A DNA stretch of 62,748 nucleotides, counting the filler. It is 13 parts of 13 records of this genome, joined end to end, with 100 filler letters (N's around TTAATTAATTAA, not from the genome) between each part and the next. Parts side by side here need not be neighbours in the genome. Positions count along the whole stretch, not along the records: positions 9,561 to 13,492 come from SRR15195285_6161; positions 13,593 to 17,454 come from SRR15195285_6162; positions 17,555 to 23,113 come from SRR15195285_6172; 10 more parts are not named here. The stretch is one strand, 5' to 3'. The notes below the pieces were generated by a model. It saw only the letters and a list, made by a program, of their open reading frames with translations. It made no database searches and had not been told where the DNA came from. Shown here one piece after another: positions 9,561 through 21,781 of this stretch. The stretch's first letter is position 1. The number at the start of each line of letters is the position of its first letter. The translations under genes and the position numbers were made by a program.

Positions 9561-12500
9561 CGAATGCTTCCTCCCAGTCGTCCGACGCAAGCGCAACCAT
9601 GACTTCTTTCAGCTCGTCGAAGCCTAGTCCTGGAATGCCGTCACGCATCTCGATGAGACGAAAAGCATCTTGTGCCATAGCAAGTGACACTTGGCTACCA
9701 CCGTTTCTCTCCCACCAGTCTGCAAACTCCTCGAAATCGATCTCGCCTGATCCGTTTTCGTCGATCTCATCAAAAATTTCGGTCACAGTTGGTGTGTACA
9801 CGGTCACGGTGGCGGCGTCCCGAGAGATTCCTGCGGCCTCCAAAAATGGTCCAACGGCGTCGATGCCCGGGGCCAGCCAGCTTGAGGTTCCGTCCACTGG
9901 GTTTACGAAGTAGCTGCGGCCAGACCCAGGATCAGTGGCCTGCTCCCAACTGTTGGACGCTACTGCTATCATTACATCTTTGAGTCCGTAGATACTGACG
10001 CCAGAAGTACCATCTCGCTCCGTTACAAGGTCAAAGGCTCGCTTAGCCAGTTCCAGCGTGCTACCAGCGCCACCACGGCTGGTCCACCACTCACCGAACT
10101 CATGAAAGGAGACACAGCCAGAGCGATCCGAGTCAATACATGCAAAGATCTCCTCTACTGTCGGTACACTGGCTGCATGTAGCGACTTAGCGCTGGTATC
10201 AGCAGCGGGCGACTCGACCTCAAAGGATGATGCAAGCGGATTGATCATTCCAGTAACTGCGTTAGATTTTGGTTGTTTGGTTTCCGTGCGAGCCCAGCCC
10301 GACGGCGATTTGGTCCAGCCGTGCTTGTGCATGTTTTCGACAACCTTCTCACGTTCCAGGTGGATGCGCTGTGTCCGAACATCGGGAGGTTCTTCGAGCT
10401 GCGACATGATTGCCTTCTGCTTGGCGTGCCAGTCGCGAAGTCCGCTGAGGATTTCGTTGAACTCATCACGGTCCACCTCACCAGACCTGTCCGCATCGAA
10501 CTTTGTAAACAGGTCTGCTGCCACCTCCCTCATTTCGTCGGCCATGCCCGAACGGATGGTGCGGATTGTCCACCAGTCTAAAAACTCGTTCAGACTAATC
10601 GTTCCCGACTCATCGACATCAATTTGCTCAAATACCGGCAGTTTCACGCTTGCGATTCCGATCTGCCCTAGCTTTGCGAGCACACCTGTCTTCTTGTTGG
10701 CATCTACCTGGAGGTCGTCCACAAGTTTGCCCACGTCCGCCAACGGGTCGCATTCGTCTCCAGACATGTGCGCCCAAGCAATCTTCCAGCGGTCCCGCGC
10801 AATCATACGGTTAATGTTGGCTGCCGTGCGACTTTTCGTGTGTGCGGTGGCGAGCAAGACTAGAACCACCAAGATTGCACTCATTACCTTTGCAACAAGA
10901 CCCGTCCTTTCCTTCAAATCTGAGTCCACTACTGCCACAAAGTCGTTGTTGATGCTCACTGTGAACATGCTCATTAGCAGCAGAACACTGAAGCTATCCA
11001 ACTGGCTCTCATTCAGGTGCTTGAATGGTCGCACGGTTGCTTGCAGGCAATTGTATAACATCAGCAGCAATACCACCAAAATTCGCCAGTCGGCAAGCTG
11101 TAACGCCACATCTGTCGCACGATTTCGGCTGTTGTAGACGAATGCAATTGCTGTTGGGCGAGTAATCCAAACGACGGCCCACCAGTATCGCTGTCGGCGC
11201 AGAGGGTAGTAGATTACGCTTAGGTAATCTCGTGCCGCGTACTCAGCACTGTGTGCATCCGACCAGTCTTTGGATTCCAACACGACTGCACCCTGCGAGA
11301 AGCCAAATTTGAGATAGGCCTCTATCCGGAGGAGCTTGGAGTGTTCATCCATTCTCTTTGCCATCTGTTTGCCCAGAATCAATGGTAGAGCGATTGCGAA
11401 CGTGGCAAAGATGAGCGCAGCTAATATCAAGTGCACGCTGTGTTCTTCAGTACTACACGATTGCGAAGGGTCGACTCGCAGATGACCGACATCAAAGGCC
11501 CAGGCAGAACAGTCATCCCCTCGCTCGCACGGCCGCGAGAGATCATCTCTGCAGAAGAACAGACTGATCGCCCGCAAATTGATAGCAAACAGCGAGGATT
11601 GCAGCGCGAAAAATAGTGCCATTTTGCCTTGCCAAGGAGCCCTCTTCCACAGGCCTGCCAGGAAGACAACGCAGACGGTGGTGCAAATGTTGTACGCGGG
11701 AATTGAGAACTTCAACATCCAGTCGTAGTAAAACGTGCCAAAGCTGATGCATTTCCCGTCCGTCTGATCTGGCGTATCCGGACTCATGGACACTGCTCCC
11801 GCGAGCTCCGTCACAAAACCGAGTCCACCAAAGGTTTGACTCGGAAGGAGCACCATGGTTTGGACAAAGAACAACGATATCCCAATGATGCTAGAGCTGT
11901 TGTGTATGTCACAGTCGCGGCCTGTGATAATGCGCCGCGACTTGAACAGGAAGAACAAGCACATCAGTAAGTACATGCCGTACGTCACGACCAAACTCTG
12001 CACGTCGAATTCCCCGCAAGGGACACAGCTCCCATCGACCTTCGTGAAATCTTCGTCCGGGCGATCATCTTTGCCGTTCCAGCAGTACGCGCACAGCGGT
12101 CCTGTTGACCCAGGGCGACAGGCGTTCGGAGAGTCTTTCTCGACATCTTGTACGTGGGGGTCTAGTTCTGCGGGGCCATCAGAGTTGCAGTCTGGCGACT
12201 TCGCGCCGTGCTTGCAATACCCGACGCAAGTTTTGTCTGACAAACAGTGTACTGGTTCAAACGGCTCTGGATTGATGCTGCTGTAGTTTGCTAGACTACT
12301 GCTCCCGCCGCCACTCTCGTCACCGGCATAGTGATACACATTGATCCAGAAGCCGGCTTTTGCATATATGTGGTTCGAAATGCCGTCGCAGACTGCACCG
12401 TCTGGGCACTGTTCGCAGTGCATCAGCTTTTGTTTGTCTCCGGAAGTTCCATTGACAAAACGTGAGTGATAATTCACGAAATAGTTGTGCTCACAAATGC

Positions 12501-13492
12501 ACTTCGTCTGCCCGCTTGTAAGTGTTGTGCTATGGTCATCACAACCCTCACAAAACTCCTGACTATCGTCCGGGATCTTGCCTATTGGACATTTTGTACA
12601 AAATCCAGCAGCGCCGGCATGACCGTCTGGACACACTTCGCAGGCAGTTTGGTTGACATTCGGAGCTTTGCCGAGGTCACAGGTTTCACATGCAGTCGTA
12701 TTTGCTGACCTATATTTACCGTCCGCACAGGGCACGCAAAGCGTCGGAGTTTCATCTGAGTTTGGTGCTTTGCCCTCAGAACACGTTTCGCATGCAACTC
12801 CGTCCACAGTGACACTACCGGTGGGACACTTGCGGCAGATATGGTTCGGCAGGGAGATATTGCCTGCAGCTGTGCTAGCTGAAATTTCCCCCGGAGAGCA
12901 CGCTATGCATTGGCCAGTGGATGAAGCGCTGCCAGGAGGACACTCCTCGCAGGAACTCCGATTGGGTGCTGGCTGCTTTCCTGAACTGCACGTTTGACAA
13001 ACACTTTGGTCGTCTACCGTGATCGCGCCCAGCGCGCATGCAGCGCATCTCCCAGTGATAGTTGCTTCTCCCATTTCGCACTGGACGCACACTGTTCTGT
13101 TCTGCCCCTGTTCCTTTCCTGGCGGGCAAACTTCACAGCGCGAAGAGCTCTCGTCAGGGATTTTGCCCTCACCACACTCAGAGCAAACTCCGGCGTATGT
13201 CGTGGCCGAGCCACTCGGGCACTCCTCGCACGTGGTCCCATCTGATGCTGGCTGCGTGCCATCATCGCACTCGCCGCATCGTGTTTGGCTGTCCTGTGGA
13301 ATCTTGCCTGGGGCACACTGCTGGCACATTCCTGTGTTTGGTGTGGCCGTGGCCTTCCCAGCATCACACTCTGTGCAATTGTCATGCGTGCTTAACGGTT
13401 GCTTTCCAGCATCGCACACAATGCAGGACCCCTGATCCTCATCAGTAAACCTACCCGGTCCACATCCCTCACAGTTGCCTGTGGTGGTGGCG
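9561..13492 (-). CDS. Receptor-like membrane protein, copy 1 (partial at both ends): Cys-rich CxxC repeats of ephrin-receptor-like/GCC2-GCC3 type, ~9 TM helices, EF-hands and WW domains
   Basis: Frame open across the whole contig. CxxCxxGK repeats, GPLCAYC, hydrophobic helices with YYPLRRQRYWW and RPF motifs, EF loops DVDESGTISLNE, DADRSGEVDRDE, DSDRSGCVSFHE, DENGSGEIDFEE, and WW domain WEQATDPGSGRSYFVNPVDGTSSWLAP. Confidence 0.85.
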
Positions 13493-13592
13493 NNNNNNNN
13501 NNNNNNNNNNNNNNNNNNNNNNNNNNNNNNNNNNNNTTAATTAATTAANNNNNNNNNNNNNNNNNNNNNNNNNNNNNNNNNNNNNNNNNNNN

Positions 13593-16500
13593 CGAATGCT
13601 TCCTCCCAGTCGTCCGACGCAATTGCAATTACAACTTCCTTCAGCTCGTCAAAGCTTAGTCCTCGCATGCCATCGCGCATCTCGATGAGACCGAAGGCTT
13701 CTTGTGCCATAGCCAGTGACACTTGACTACCACCATTTCGCTCCCACCAGTCTGCGAACTCCTCGAAATCGATTTCTCCTGATCCATTTTCGTCGATCTC
13801 ATCGAAAATTTCAGTCAGACTTGGTGTGTATACTGTGACGGTGGAGGCGTCACGAGATATTCCTGCTCGCTCCAGAAACGGCCCGACAGCGTCGATGCCT
13901 GGTGCCAGCCAGCTTGAGGCTCCACTTGCTGGATTGACGAAGTACTGGCGGCCAGATGCAGGATCAGTGGCCTGCTCCCAGCTGTCGGACGCCACTGCGA
14001 TCATTATATCCTTGAGACCGTGGATATTGACGCCTGGGGTACCATCCCGTTGTGCAACGAGGTCGAAGGCTCGCTTGGCTAGTTCCAGCAAGCTACCAGC
14101 TCCGCCGTGGCTGGTCCACCACGTGCTGAACTCGTGGAAAGAGACGCTGCCAGAGCGGTCTGAGTCAATGCACGCGAAAATCTCCTCCACTGTGGGCACA
14201 CTAGCTGCCTGTGCCACCTTAGTGCTGACAGATGGTGCCACAGCACCGGGAACACCGGCTGCAGACGACTCGACTTCAAAGGGTGATGCAAGCGGGTTGA
14301 TCATCCCGGCCACTGAGCCAGTTCCCGTGCGGACCCAGCCCGAAGGCGACTCAGTCCAGCCGTGCTTGTGCAAGTTTTCGACGACCTGCTCACGCTCGAG
14401 CCGGATGCGCTGCGTACGAGCTTCGGGAGGTTCATCGAGCTGTGACATCATTGTCTTCTGCTTGTCATGCCAGTCGCGAAGTCCGCTGAGGATTTGGTCG
14501 AACTCGTCTCGGTCTACCTCGCCAGACCCGTCCGCATCAAATTTTGTGAACAGGTCCGTTGCCACCTCCCTCATTTCGTCGGCCATACCTGTGCGGATGG
14601 TGCGGATTGTCCACCAGTCCAAAAATTCGTGCAGACTAATCGTTCCCGACTTATCGATATCAATTTGCTCAAATACTGGAAGCTTCACACTCGCGATTCC
14701 AATCTGTCCTAGTTTTGCCAGCACACCTTTCTTCTTGTTGGCATCTACCTCGAGATCCTCCACGAGTTTGCCAACCTCTGCCAACGGATCGCACTCGTCT
14801 CCAGACATGTGTGACCAAGCTGTCTTCCATCGGTCGCGCGCGATCATACGCGTGATATTGGCTGCTGTGCGGCTTTTAGATTGTGCTGTAGCGAGTAAGA
14901 CCAGGCATAACAAGATTGCAGTCATTACCCGGGCGACAGTGCCTGTCGTGACCTTCAAGGTGGAATCTACGGCTGTAACAAAGTCATTGTTGATGCTCAC
15001 TGTGAACAGGCTCATCAACAGCAGCACACTGAAGGCGTCCAGCTGACTTTCATTCAGGTGCTTGAAGGGTTGCACGGTTGCTTGAAGGCAGTTGTACAGC
15101 ATGAGCAGCAACACCACCAAGATTCTCCAATCCGCAACTCCAAAGGCCACGTCAGTTCGACGGTTTCGGCTGTTGTAGACAAATGCAATTGCTGTGGGAC
15201 GAACGATCCAAACGACCGCCCACCAGTATCGCTGTCTGCGAAGAGGATAGTAAATTACGCTTAGGTAGTCTCGTGCTGCGTACTCAGCACTGTGCGAGTC
15301 TGCCCAGTCTTTGGATTGCAGCACGACTGCCCCCTGCTCGAAGCCATATTTGAGGTAGGCCTCTATCCGGAGCAGCTTGGAGTGTGCATCCATTCTCTCT
15401 GCCATCTGTTTGCACAGAATCGATGGTAGAGCAAATGCAAACGTGGCGAAGATGAGCACGGCTAATGTCAAGTACACGTAGTAATCGCCTTTGCGGCACG
15501 ATTCAGAAGGGTCGACTTTCAGATGACCGACTGACGGCGAGAGGTCGTCTCTGCAGTAGAACAGACTAATCGCCCGCAAATTAATTGCAAACAGCGAGGA
15601 TTGCACTGCAAAAAACAGGGCCATTTTACCTTGCCAAGGAGCTCTCTTCCATAGGCCTGCCAAGAAGACAACGCAGACCGTGGCACAAACATTGTACACC
15701 GGAATTGAGAACTTCAACAGCCAATCTGTATAAAAATGGCCCGTGCTGATACACTTCCCGTCCGTCTGATCTGGTGTGTCCGGACTCATGGACACTGCTC
15801 CTGCAAGCTCCGTCACAAAACTGAGTTCACCGAAGGTTCGACTCGGCAGAAGAACCATGGTTTGGACGAAGAACAATGAGATACCAATGATGCTAGAGCT
15901 GTTGTGGATGTCACAGTCACGGCCTGTGAGAATGCGCCGCGATTTGAATAGGAAGAACAAGCACATCAGCAAGTACATGCCATACGTCATGACAAAACTC
16001 TGCACGTCAAACTGCTCGCACAAGACACAGCTCCCGTCGACCTTCACGTAATGTTTGTCTGGACGACCGTCTACACCGTCCCAGCAGTACGTGCACAGCG
16101 GTCCTTCTGAACCCTCTCGACACGCGTTGGGGGAGTCCTGTTGTACGAAGGGGTCTCGGTCTAGTCCCTCGGGTGGGCCAGCATCGCAGTACGCAGTCTT
16201 CTGGTGCTCACAATACCCGACGCAAATTTTCTTCGACAAACAGTGAACCGGTCTAAACAACTCTGGGTTGATCGTGCTAGTGGTGGTGGTGGTGTGATTC
16301 ACATTTATCCAAAACCCGGCTTCGGCGTATATGTTGTTCGAATCTGCCGGACAGACCGCACCAGTTGGGCACTTATCGCAGCACGTAAGGCAGATCGAGT
16401 TTTCGTCTCCGTTGGAAGTTCCATTGTCATCGTCGGCAAAACGTGAGTAATTCAGGAAGTAACCATTTTTACAAACACACCTGGTCGCGCCGGCTCCACG

Positions 16501-17454
16501 TGTTGTGCTGTGCGGTGGGCATTGCTCACAATTGTTCTGTGCTTTATCTGGAATTTTGCCTTCTGCACAGGTTTTGCATGATCCTGTGGCCCCAGCCTTG
16601 CCTTGTGGACACACTTCACAGTCAGTTCGATTCGAATTGGGTGCTTTACCGACAGGACACTCTATGCATGCAGTCGCATTTCTTGACCTATATTTACCAT
16701 CTTTGCACTCCACGCATTGCGTCGGACTTTCGTCGGAGTTTGGTGTTTTGCCCTCAGAACACACTTCGCATGTAACCCTATCTGCAGTGATACTCCCAGT
16801 TGTACACTTGTTGCAGGTCAGACCGTCATCCACTGGCACTTGCCCTGCAGGGCATGGACTGCATTCGCCAGTAGACGAAGCGCTGTCAGGAGGACACTCC
16901 TCGCAGGCACTCTTGTTGGTTGCTGGGTGTTTTCCTGCGGTACACATTTCACAGCTACTTTGGCCATTTTTCGTGATCCATCCACTGGCGCACGCAAGGC
17001 ATGTCCCAGTGATAGTTGCCTCTCCCGCTTCGCACTGCACGCACGCTGTTCTGTTCTCCGCTTGTTCCTTCCCTGGCGGGCAAACTTCACATCGCGAAGA
17101 GCTTTCGACCGGAACTTTGCCCTCATCACACGGAGAACAAACTCCGGCGTATGTCGTGGCGGAGCCAGGCGTGCAGTCCTCGCACGTAGTCCCATCTGGT
17201 GCTGGCTGCTTGCCAGAATTGCACTCACCACACCGGGTTTGACTATCCTGTGGAATCTTGCCTGAGGCACACTGTTGGCATATACCTGTGTTTGGGATGG
17301 CCGTGGCCTTCCCAGCGTCACATTCTGCGCAATTGTCGTGCGTGCCTAACGGTTGCTTTCCAGCATCGCACAGCATGCAGTCCCCTTGCTCGTCATCGGT
17401 TATCTTGCCCGGACCACATGCATCACAGTTGCCTATGGTGGTGGCGCTTCCGAC
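13593..17454 (-). CDS. Receptor-like membrane protein, copy 2 (partial at both ends), homologue of copy 1
   Basis: Same architecture and collinear with 9561-13492. TM, EF and WW regions are very similar; the Cys-rich and juxtamembrane regions are more divergent, with indels. Confidence 0.85.
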
Positions 17455-17554
17455 NNNNNNNNNNNNNNNNNNNNNNNNNNNNNNNNNNNNNNNNNNNNTT
17501 AATTAATTAANNNNNNNNNNNNNNNNNNNNNNNNNNNNNNNNNNNNNNNNNNNN

Positions 17555-20428
17555 GCGGCGGCGGCGGCGGCGGCGGCGGCGTCGTCGCTCGGCAAGCGGG
17601 GCAGCGACGGCGGTGGCGAGGAGCAGCCGACGAGTAAGAGGCCGCGTGAGGCGGCCGGAGAGTCCGGTGCTCCCGTTGATCTGCCAGAAGACGACGATGT
17701 GGACCTTGCACGCGCAATCCAGCTGTCTTTGGAGGGCTCACCGCCAGCGCATGACAGACCGGCCTCACCCTTACGTGACCGGAAGGACGCCGCTGGCATC
17801 GCCTTTAAGTCAGGCGCATCCTCCAAAGCCCACGCAGAAGTAACCGCACCCGCTGCAGCTGTAGCAGCATCGACCGCACCAGAGGCATCGGCTGCATCGG
17901 CCGCATCGGCCGCAGGTGAATCGGCAGCAGCTGCGGCGCCCCCGGTCGCGCCAGCAGCTTCCGAGGACGGCGACTCCTTCACATGCCCTGTGTGCTGGGA
18001 CCCTGTCGCCTGCGCCGCGCGACCTCCGTGCGGACACATGCTCTGCCGTGTCTGTGCCCAACAGCTGCTCCGAGACGGCGGCGCACGGTGCCCTCAGTGT
18101 CGTGCCGAGGTTGCTGAAGCTCAGCTGAAGGGCTCGTCCGCTGCCGACGCCGCGGCCTTAGAGCTGGCCAAGAGCACCCTCGACGCCGAAGCGTTTGCAG
18201 AATGGGAGCAGCGCCGCGCAGACGGGGAAGGCCTCGATAAGCGCGCGACCACCGGGACAGCAGCGAGCAGCGGCGAGGAGCAACGCGCGAACGCGAAGAT
18301 CGACGCCGAACTGCGATTCATGGCATCCGCAGCTCCGACCGGCAGTTCCAAATGCAAGGTGTGCGCGCAGAAGATTGCGCGGCGTGACTTGCGCATCCAT
18401 GCGCATGGCGGCGGATTCACGCACCTCGGCTGCATGGACTTTGCGGCCGGCCTGACAGCTGCGCGCGACCGCGCACGCGAAAAGACGGGAGTGCCCGGCG
18501 CTGAAGTTATTCTCAACGTGGTGACGACACCCGAATTTCACGGCCCCTGCAAGCTCAGTGAGGAGCAACTTGCCACACTGAAACAGAAGCTGCGCGAGCC
18601 AGCGGGCAACCAGCCTTGGTGGTGCGTTGTCCGACACAAAGGTTCGCTATGGGCTGATGAGGACGATGATGACGGTCTACTGAGCGACGATGATGACCTG
18701 GATGACCTTGACGATTCGGACTCAGAATCAGATTCGGATGAAGATGATTTAGACGACGATGACGACCACCATCACCACCATGATGTGCCTCCCAGTGCTT
18801 TCATCGACCAGCTGACTAGCGGTGGCACTTCTTCGCGAATATCAACATCGCTCACTGTGTCAGCCGCGCCCACGGACCGTGCGCGTTGTGCTGGATGTGG
18901 CGAAGCGATCCCTCGGGGCTCACCGCGACTGCACGAACCCACTGGGACTGGGTTCCGGCACTGGCATTGCCGCGACTTTCAGACCGAATGGACATCGGCT
19001 TGCCGCGCTGCACGGCAGGGAGACGACGACTCGGTATCGCTGGAAGTGAGATCAAATGTCGATCCGACTGGCATCGGCAATCTCGACCGCCCGATGGTGC
19101 AATTGCTGAAGCAGATTCTTCGTTCTACTGCAGAGCTCCTGCCAGATTGGGTGTGGGTGCGTCATCGTGGCACTCTGTGGAGCTCGAATAATGGTACGCC
19201 CCGCCCAGTGGCAGGGCCTCCACCGCTGCCTGCCAATCAGCATGCGATGGCTCAGGCTGTCGGGGAGATTTTCGGCGGTGCTTCGGGTGGCGCTGCCGCA
19301 GGTGAGGCCCAGGCCGGCGGTGCTGCCAGACTGGAGCCTGGAGCTACAGCCCTGCTTAGGGAGGCTTTGGGAGTAGCAGCCACTATGGGCGCAGCAGCAG
19401 CAGACAGTTGGCACGCACGTCCGATGGTGCCAGTCCGTAGACGCGCGGCCAGGCGGCAAGGCAGCAACGCGGCTGGTGGGTCCTTTTTAGACTACCCTGT
19501 TGCTGACGACGATAGCGATGAAGACAGCGCCGATGAGGAGGACAGCTCGGATGAGGCTGCCATCGCGCAAGCAGGTCACCTTGGCGCAGCTCTGGGCGGG
19601 GCCTTGAGCTTACACGACGCGGCAAATCTGGAAACAAATCAGATATCTGCAGATGAGGCAGATAGAGCAGGCCTGGTTGATGCGTTAGACGAGTTAGACA
19701 GAGCAGGTCTGGTTGACGAACCCGAGCCGTGGGCTAAGATTAGTCTCTCGTATGTGACTTCTGCGGCCCCAAGCGATCGAGGCAAGTGCAAAACATGTGG
19801 GCAGGCCATTGCTCAAGGTTCGCTTGTCGTGGCAGAACGCCAGGGAGGAGGACATTGCCACTTCGGCTGCAAAGACTTCGAGAAAGAAGTGACCGAGGCA
19901 TGTTTGGAGGCTCGTGCTGGACCGTGTCAAGAGCGTTTCGTTGCCCGCCCGGTCGGGGCTGATGAGGACGTTGGCTCCTCCGAGGCGGAGCGCCAAGTTG
20001 CTTTGACGCTTGCAGTGGACATCGAATCGCGCTCGGACAGATTGACGGTACGTGTGCCGTCCGAGCCAACCAGGCTTGCATTCAGCAAAGCTTGGATTGT
20101 TTCTGATCTAACTTGTGTGTACTTCGATCTGCTGTGCTGTTCTGTGATTTGCTTTTACTATCAGCTGGTGCATGATCAAATTGAGGTGGCGCGCAGAAGT
20201 GTAGAAGAAGCGGCAGATCGGCAGCCCTGGTGGGTCAGGACTGCCCTCCTACGCGGTTCGCTCTGGGAGGGCGCCACCCCTGGACTAGACAACCTCGACC
20301 TGAACTATCCCTACTCGGACGACGATCTCGACGAGGACAGTGATACGTCCAGCGACGAGGAAGAAGGCGGTGGAAACTGCGACTGCGAGTTTTGTGTTGC
20401 GACAAGGATGTCAAGGATGAATTCGTAG
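17555..20428 (+). CDS. Putative E3 ubiquitin ligase: UIM + C3HC4 RING + three PARP-type zinc-finger modules with acidic linkers (5'-partial)
   Basis: Frame open from the contig start. UIM EDDDVDLARAIQLSLE; RING CPVC...CGHMLCRVC...CPQCR; three repeats of AAP-x-[GD]-[SR]-x-x-CxxC-x-x-x-I...HxxC. Probable intron 20048-20164. Confidence 0.8.
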   Translation, partial: AAAAAAAAASSLGKRGSDGGGEEQPTSKRPREAAGESGAPVDLPEDDDVDLARAIQLSLEGSPPAHDRPASPLRDRKDAAGIAFKSGASSKAHAEVTAPAAAVAASTAPEASAASAASAAGESAAAAAPPVAPAASEDGDSFTCPVCWDPVACAARPPCGHMLCRVCAQQLLRDGGARCPQCRAEVAEAQLKGSSAADAAALELAKSTLDAEAFAEWEQRRADGEGLDKRATTGTAASSGEEQRANAKIDAELRFMASAAPTGSSKCKVCAQKIARRDLRIHAHGGGFTHLGCMDFAAGLTAARDRAREKTGVPGAEVILNVVTTPEFHGPCKLSEEQLATLKQKLREPAGNQPWWCVVRHKGSLWADEDDDDGLLSDDDDLDDLDDSDSESDSDEDDLDDDDDHHHHHDVPPSAFIDQLTSGGTSSRISTSLTVSAAPTDRARCAGCGEAIPRGSPRLHEPTGTGFRHWHCRDFQTEWTSACRAARQGDDDSVSLEVRSNVDPTGIGNLDRPMVQLLKQILRSTAELLPDWVWVRHRGTLWSSNNGTPRPVAGPPPLPANQHAMAQAVGEIFGGASGGAAAGEAQAGGAARLEPGATALLREALGVAATMGAAAADSWHARPMVPVRRRAARRQGSNAAGGSFLDYPVADDDSDEDSADEEDSSDEAAIAQAGHLGAALGGALSLHDAANLETNQISADEADRAGLVDALDELDRAGLVDEPEPWAKISLSYVTSAAPSDRGKCKTCGQAIAQGSLVVAERQGGGHCHFGCKDFEKEVTEACLEARAGPCQERFVARPVGADEDVGSSEAERQVALTLAVDIESRSDRLTVRVPSEPTRLAFSKAWIVSDLTCVYFDLLCCSVICFYYQLVHDQIEVARRSVEEAADRQPWWVRTALLRGSLWEGATPGLDNLDLNYPYSDDDLDEDSDTSSDEEEGGGNCDCEFCVATRMSRMNS

Positions 20429-20785
20429 GAGCTTGTCATGGAAGATTAGCGCAACCCGGGTTGCCAGGCGTGGTCGCAGCAGACCAGCTGGCTTGTATGT
20501 AATCTAGACTGGTCTGAATCCTGAATCCTGCACCCACACCCTGGCAGATCAGCAGGCAGATACTCCGCAGAAAGAACGAATGCAGATGTCGATATGTTCT
20601 TGCCATTATGGTATCTCAATTTTGCATTCCACAGCAAGTCTCAACTTGATGGGGTCTGCAGACGGAATGGTCAGACTGCTGTATCGACAGCACGCCATAA
20701 AAGGGTCGGGCTGGCGGGCTTGGACGCTTGTCCGGATTTACTGACACATCCTAACTCGATCTCAAATCTGTGCGTGTCGCTGACC

Positions 20786-21781
20786 TCACCCCTCTATCGA
20801 GGAGCTGAGCTCAGCCATCAACTTCTTGAACTCCTCTAGTTCTTCTGGAGTGATGCAGCCGCTTTGTATCTTGTCCATCATTTGCTCCTGCAAGGCGCCA
20901 ATAGCTTCATACGCCTTGTCTGCGTGCTCATGCTGTTTGTGCAGGACCCACCCTTTGCGGTAGGGCTTCATGGAGTGACCAGCCGCCTTGAACGCTATAA
21001 TGCTGTCCGGTGAGGGCTGACTCCTCGGAGCTGGCTCCGGCTCCGGCTCCGGCTGTGGCGGCTCCGGCTGTAGTGGCTCCAGCTCCGGCTCCGCATCACA
21101 AACTTCCTTGGACGGTGGTTGCGGCATCTGCAGCTTAGATCGCTTTGTCAGGGGAGGCAACCCGGAGCCCGGTCCAGCGAAACCAGGGCCGCAGGCAGAG
21201 TCAGGACTGAGCCGTCGCCTCTCACTGTGGCTGCTGCGCGCTGTTCGCGGCGAGTACCAGCTTGATCTGGGCGCAGCCTTCCACGGGTGCTGCGTCACCG
21301 TTGGCTCATCTGATACAACCAGGCCGCGGATTAAGAAGTACACGAGTAGGTCGTGAAGGCGGGGACCTGGGACAAGACGAAACCGAAGAAGGCGCGGAAC
21401 AACCAGACACCACAGAGACTTACAGTGTCTCCGATTCCACGTCATCGAGTTCGTGAAGATGGTCGGACTGACCTTCTTTCGGTGCGTCGGAGGGGCGGCT
21501 GCTCGTGGCCGATCCTCGAGCTTGCGCGCGACACGCCAGCCGTCGCTGGTGATCGGCCGCTTGACGTGCTCCTCGATTTGGTCGATCGCCGCGTAGTGCC
21601 TCGGGGTGCCCAGGTTCGGGATGTAGTTTGTCCACGATGGATTGGTGTTGTCCCAGGCCGCCTCGAGCCGTGCCGTCGTAGGCGACGCCCACCGTGGATC
21701 CCTGCAGCCGCCGTCAAACATCGGGTGCGAGACCAGCCGCGCATTCAGCGCCAGCCTGCTCTGGCGCTCGCGTTCACCCAT
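20786..21781 (-). CDS. Hypothetical protein with a PE-repeat linker; one probable intron
   Basis: ATG at 21781 (MGERERQ...). Intron 21423-21310 (GTAAGT..TCAG) removes an atypical hydrophobic insert. Contains EPEPEP. Confidence 0.55.
   Translation of the reverse strand: MGERERQSRLALNARLVSHPMFDGGCRDPRWASPTTARLEAAWDNTNPSWTNYIPNLGTPRHYAAIDQIEEHVKRPITSDGWRVARKLEDRPRAAAPPTHRKKVSPTIFTNSMTWNRRHCKSLWCLVVPRLLRFRLVPGPRLHDLLVYFLIRGLVVSDEPTVTQHPWKAAPRSSWYSPRTARSSHSERRRLSPDSACGPGFAGPGSGLPPLTKRSKLQMPQPPSKEVCDAEPELEPLQPEPPQPEPEPEPAPRSQPSPDSIIAFKAAGHSMKPYRKGWVLHKQHEHADKAYEAIGALQEQMMDKIQSGCITPEELEEFKKLMAELSSSIEG

Noticed and set aside
13826-15046. Long antisense ORFs (406 aa here, 298 aa at 10241, and many others)
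   Set aside because: Shadows of GC-rich coding sequence on the opposite strand; no motifs.
19658-19720. Short tandem duplication encoding DRAGLVD twice
   Set aside because: Ordinary in-frame micro-duplication in a disordered linker.
21357-21663. Imperfect inverted match between the intron (21357-21384) and the upstream exon (21639-21663)
   Set aside because: Only about 22 matching nt with a gap; could be chance. Worth including in a genome-wide intron-source test but not supportable alone.
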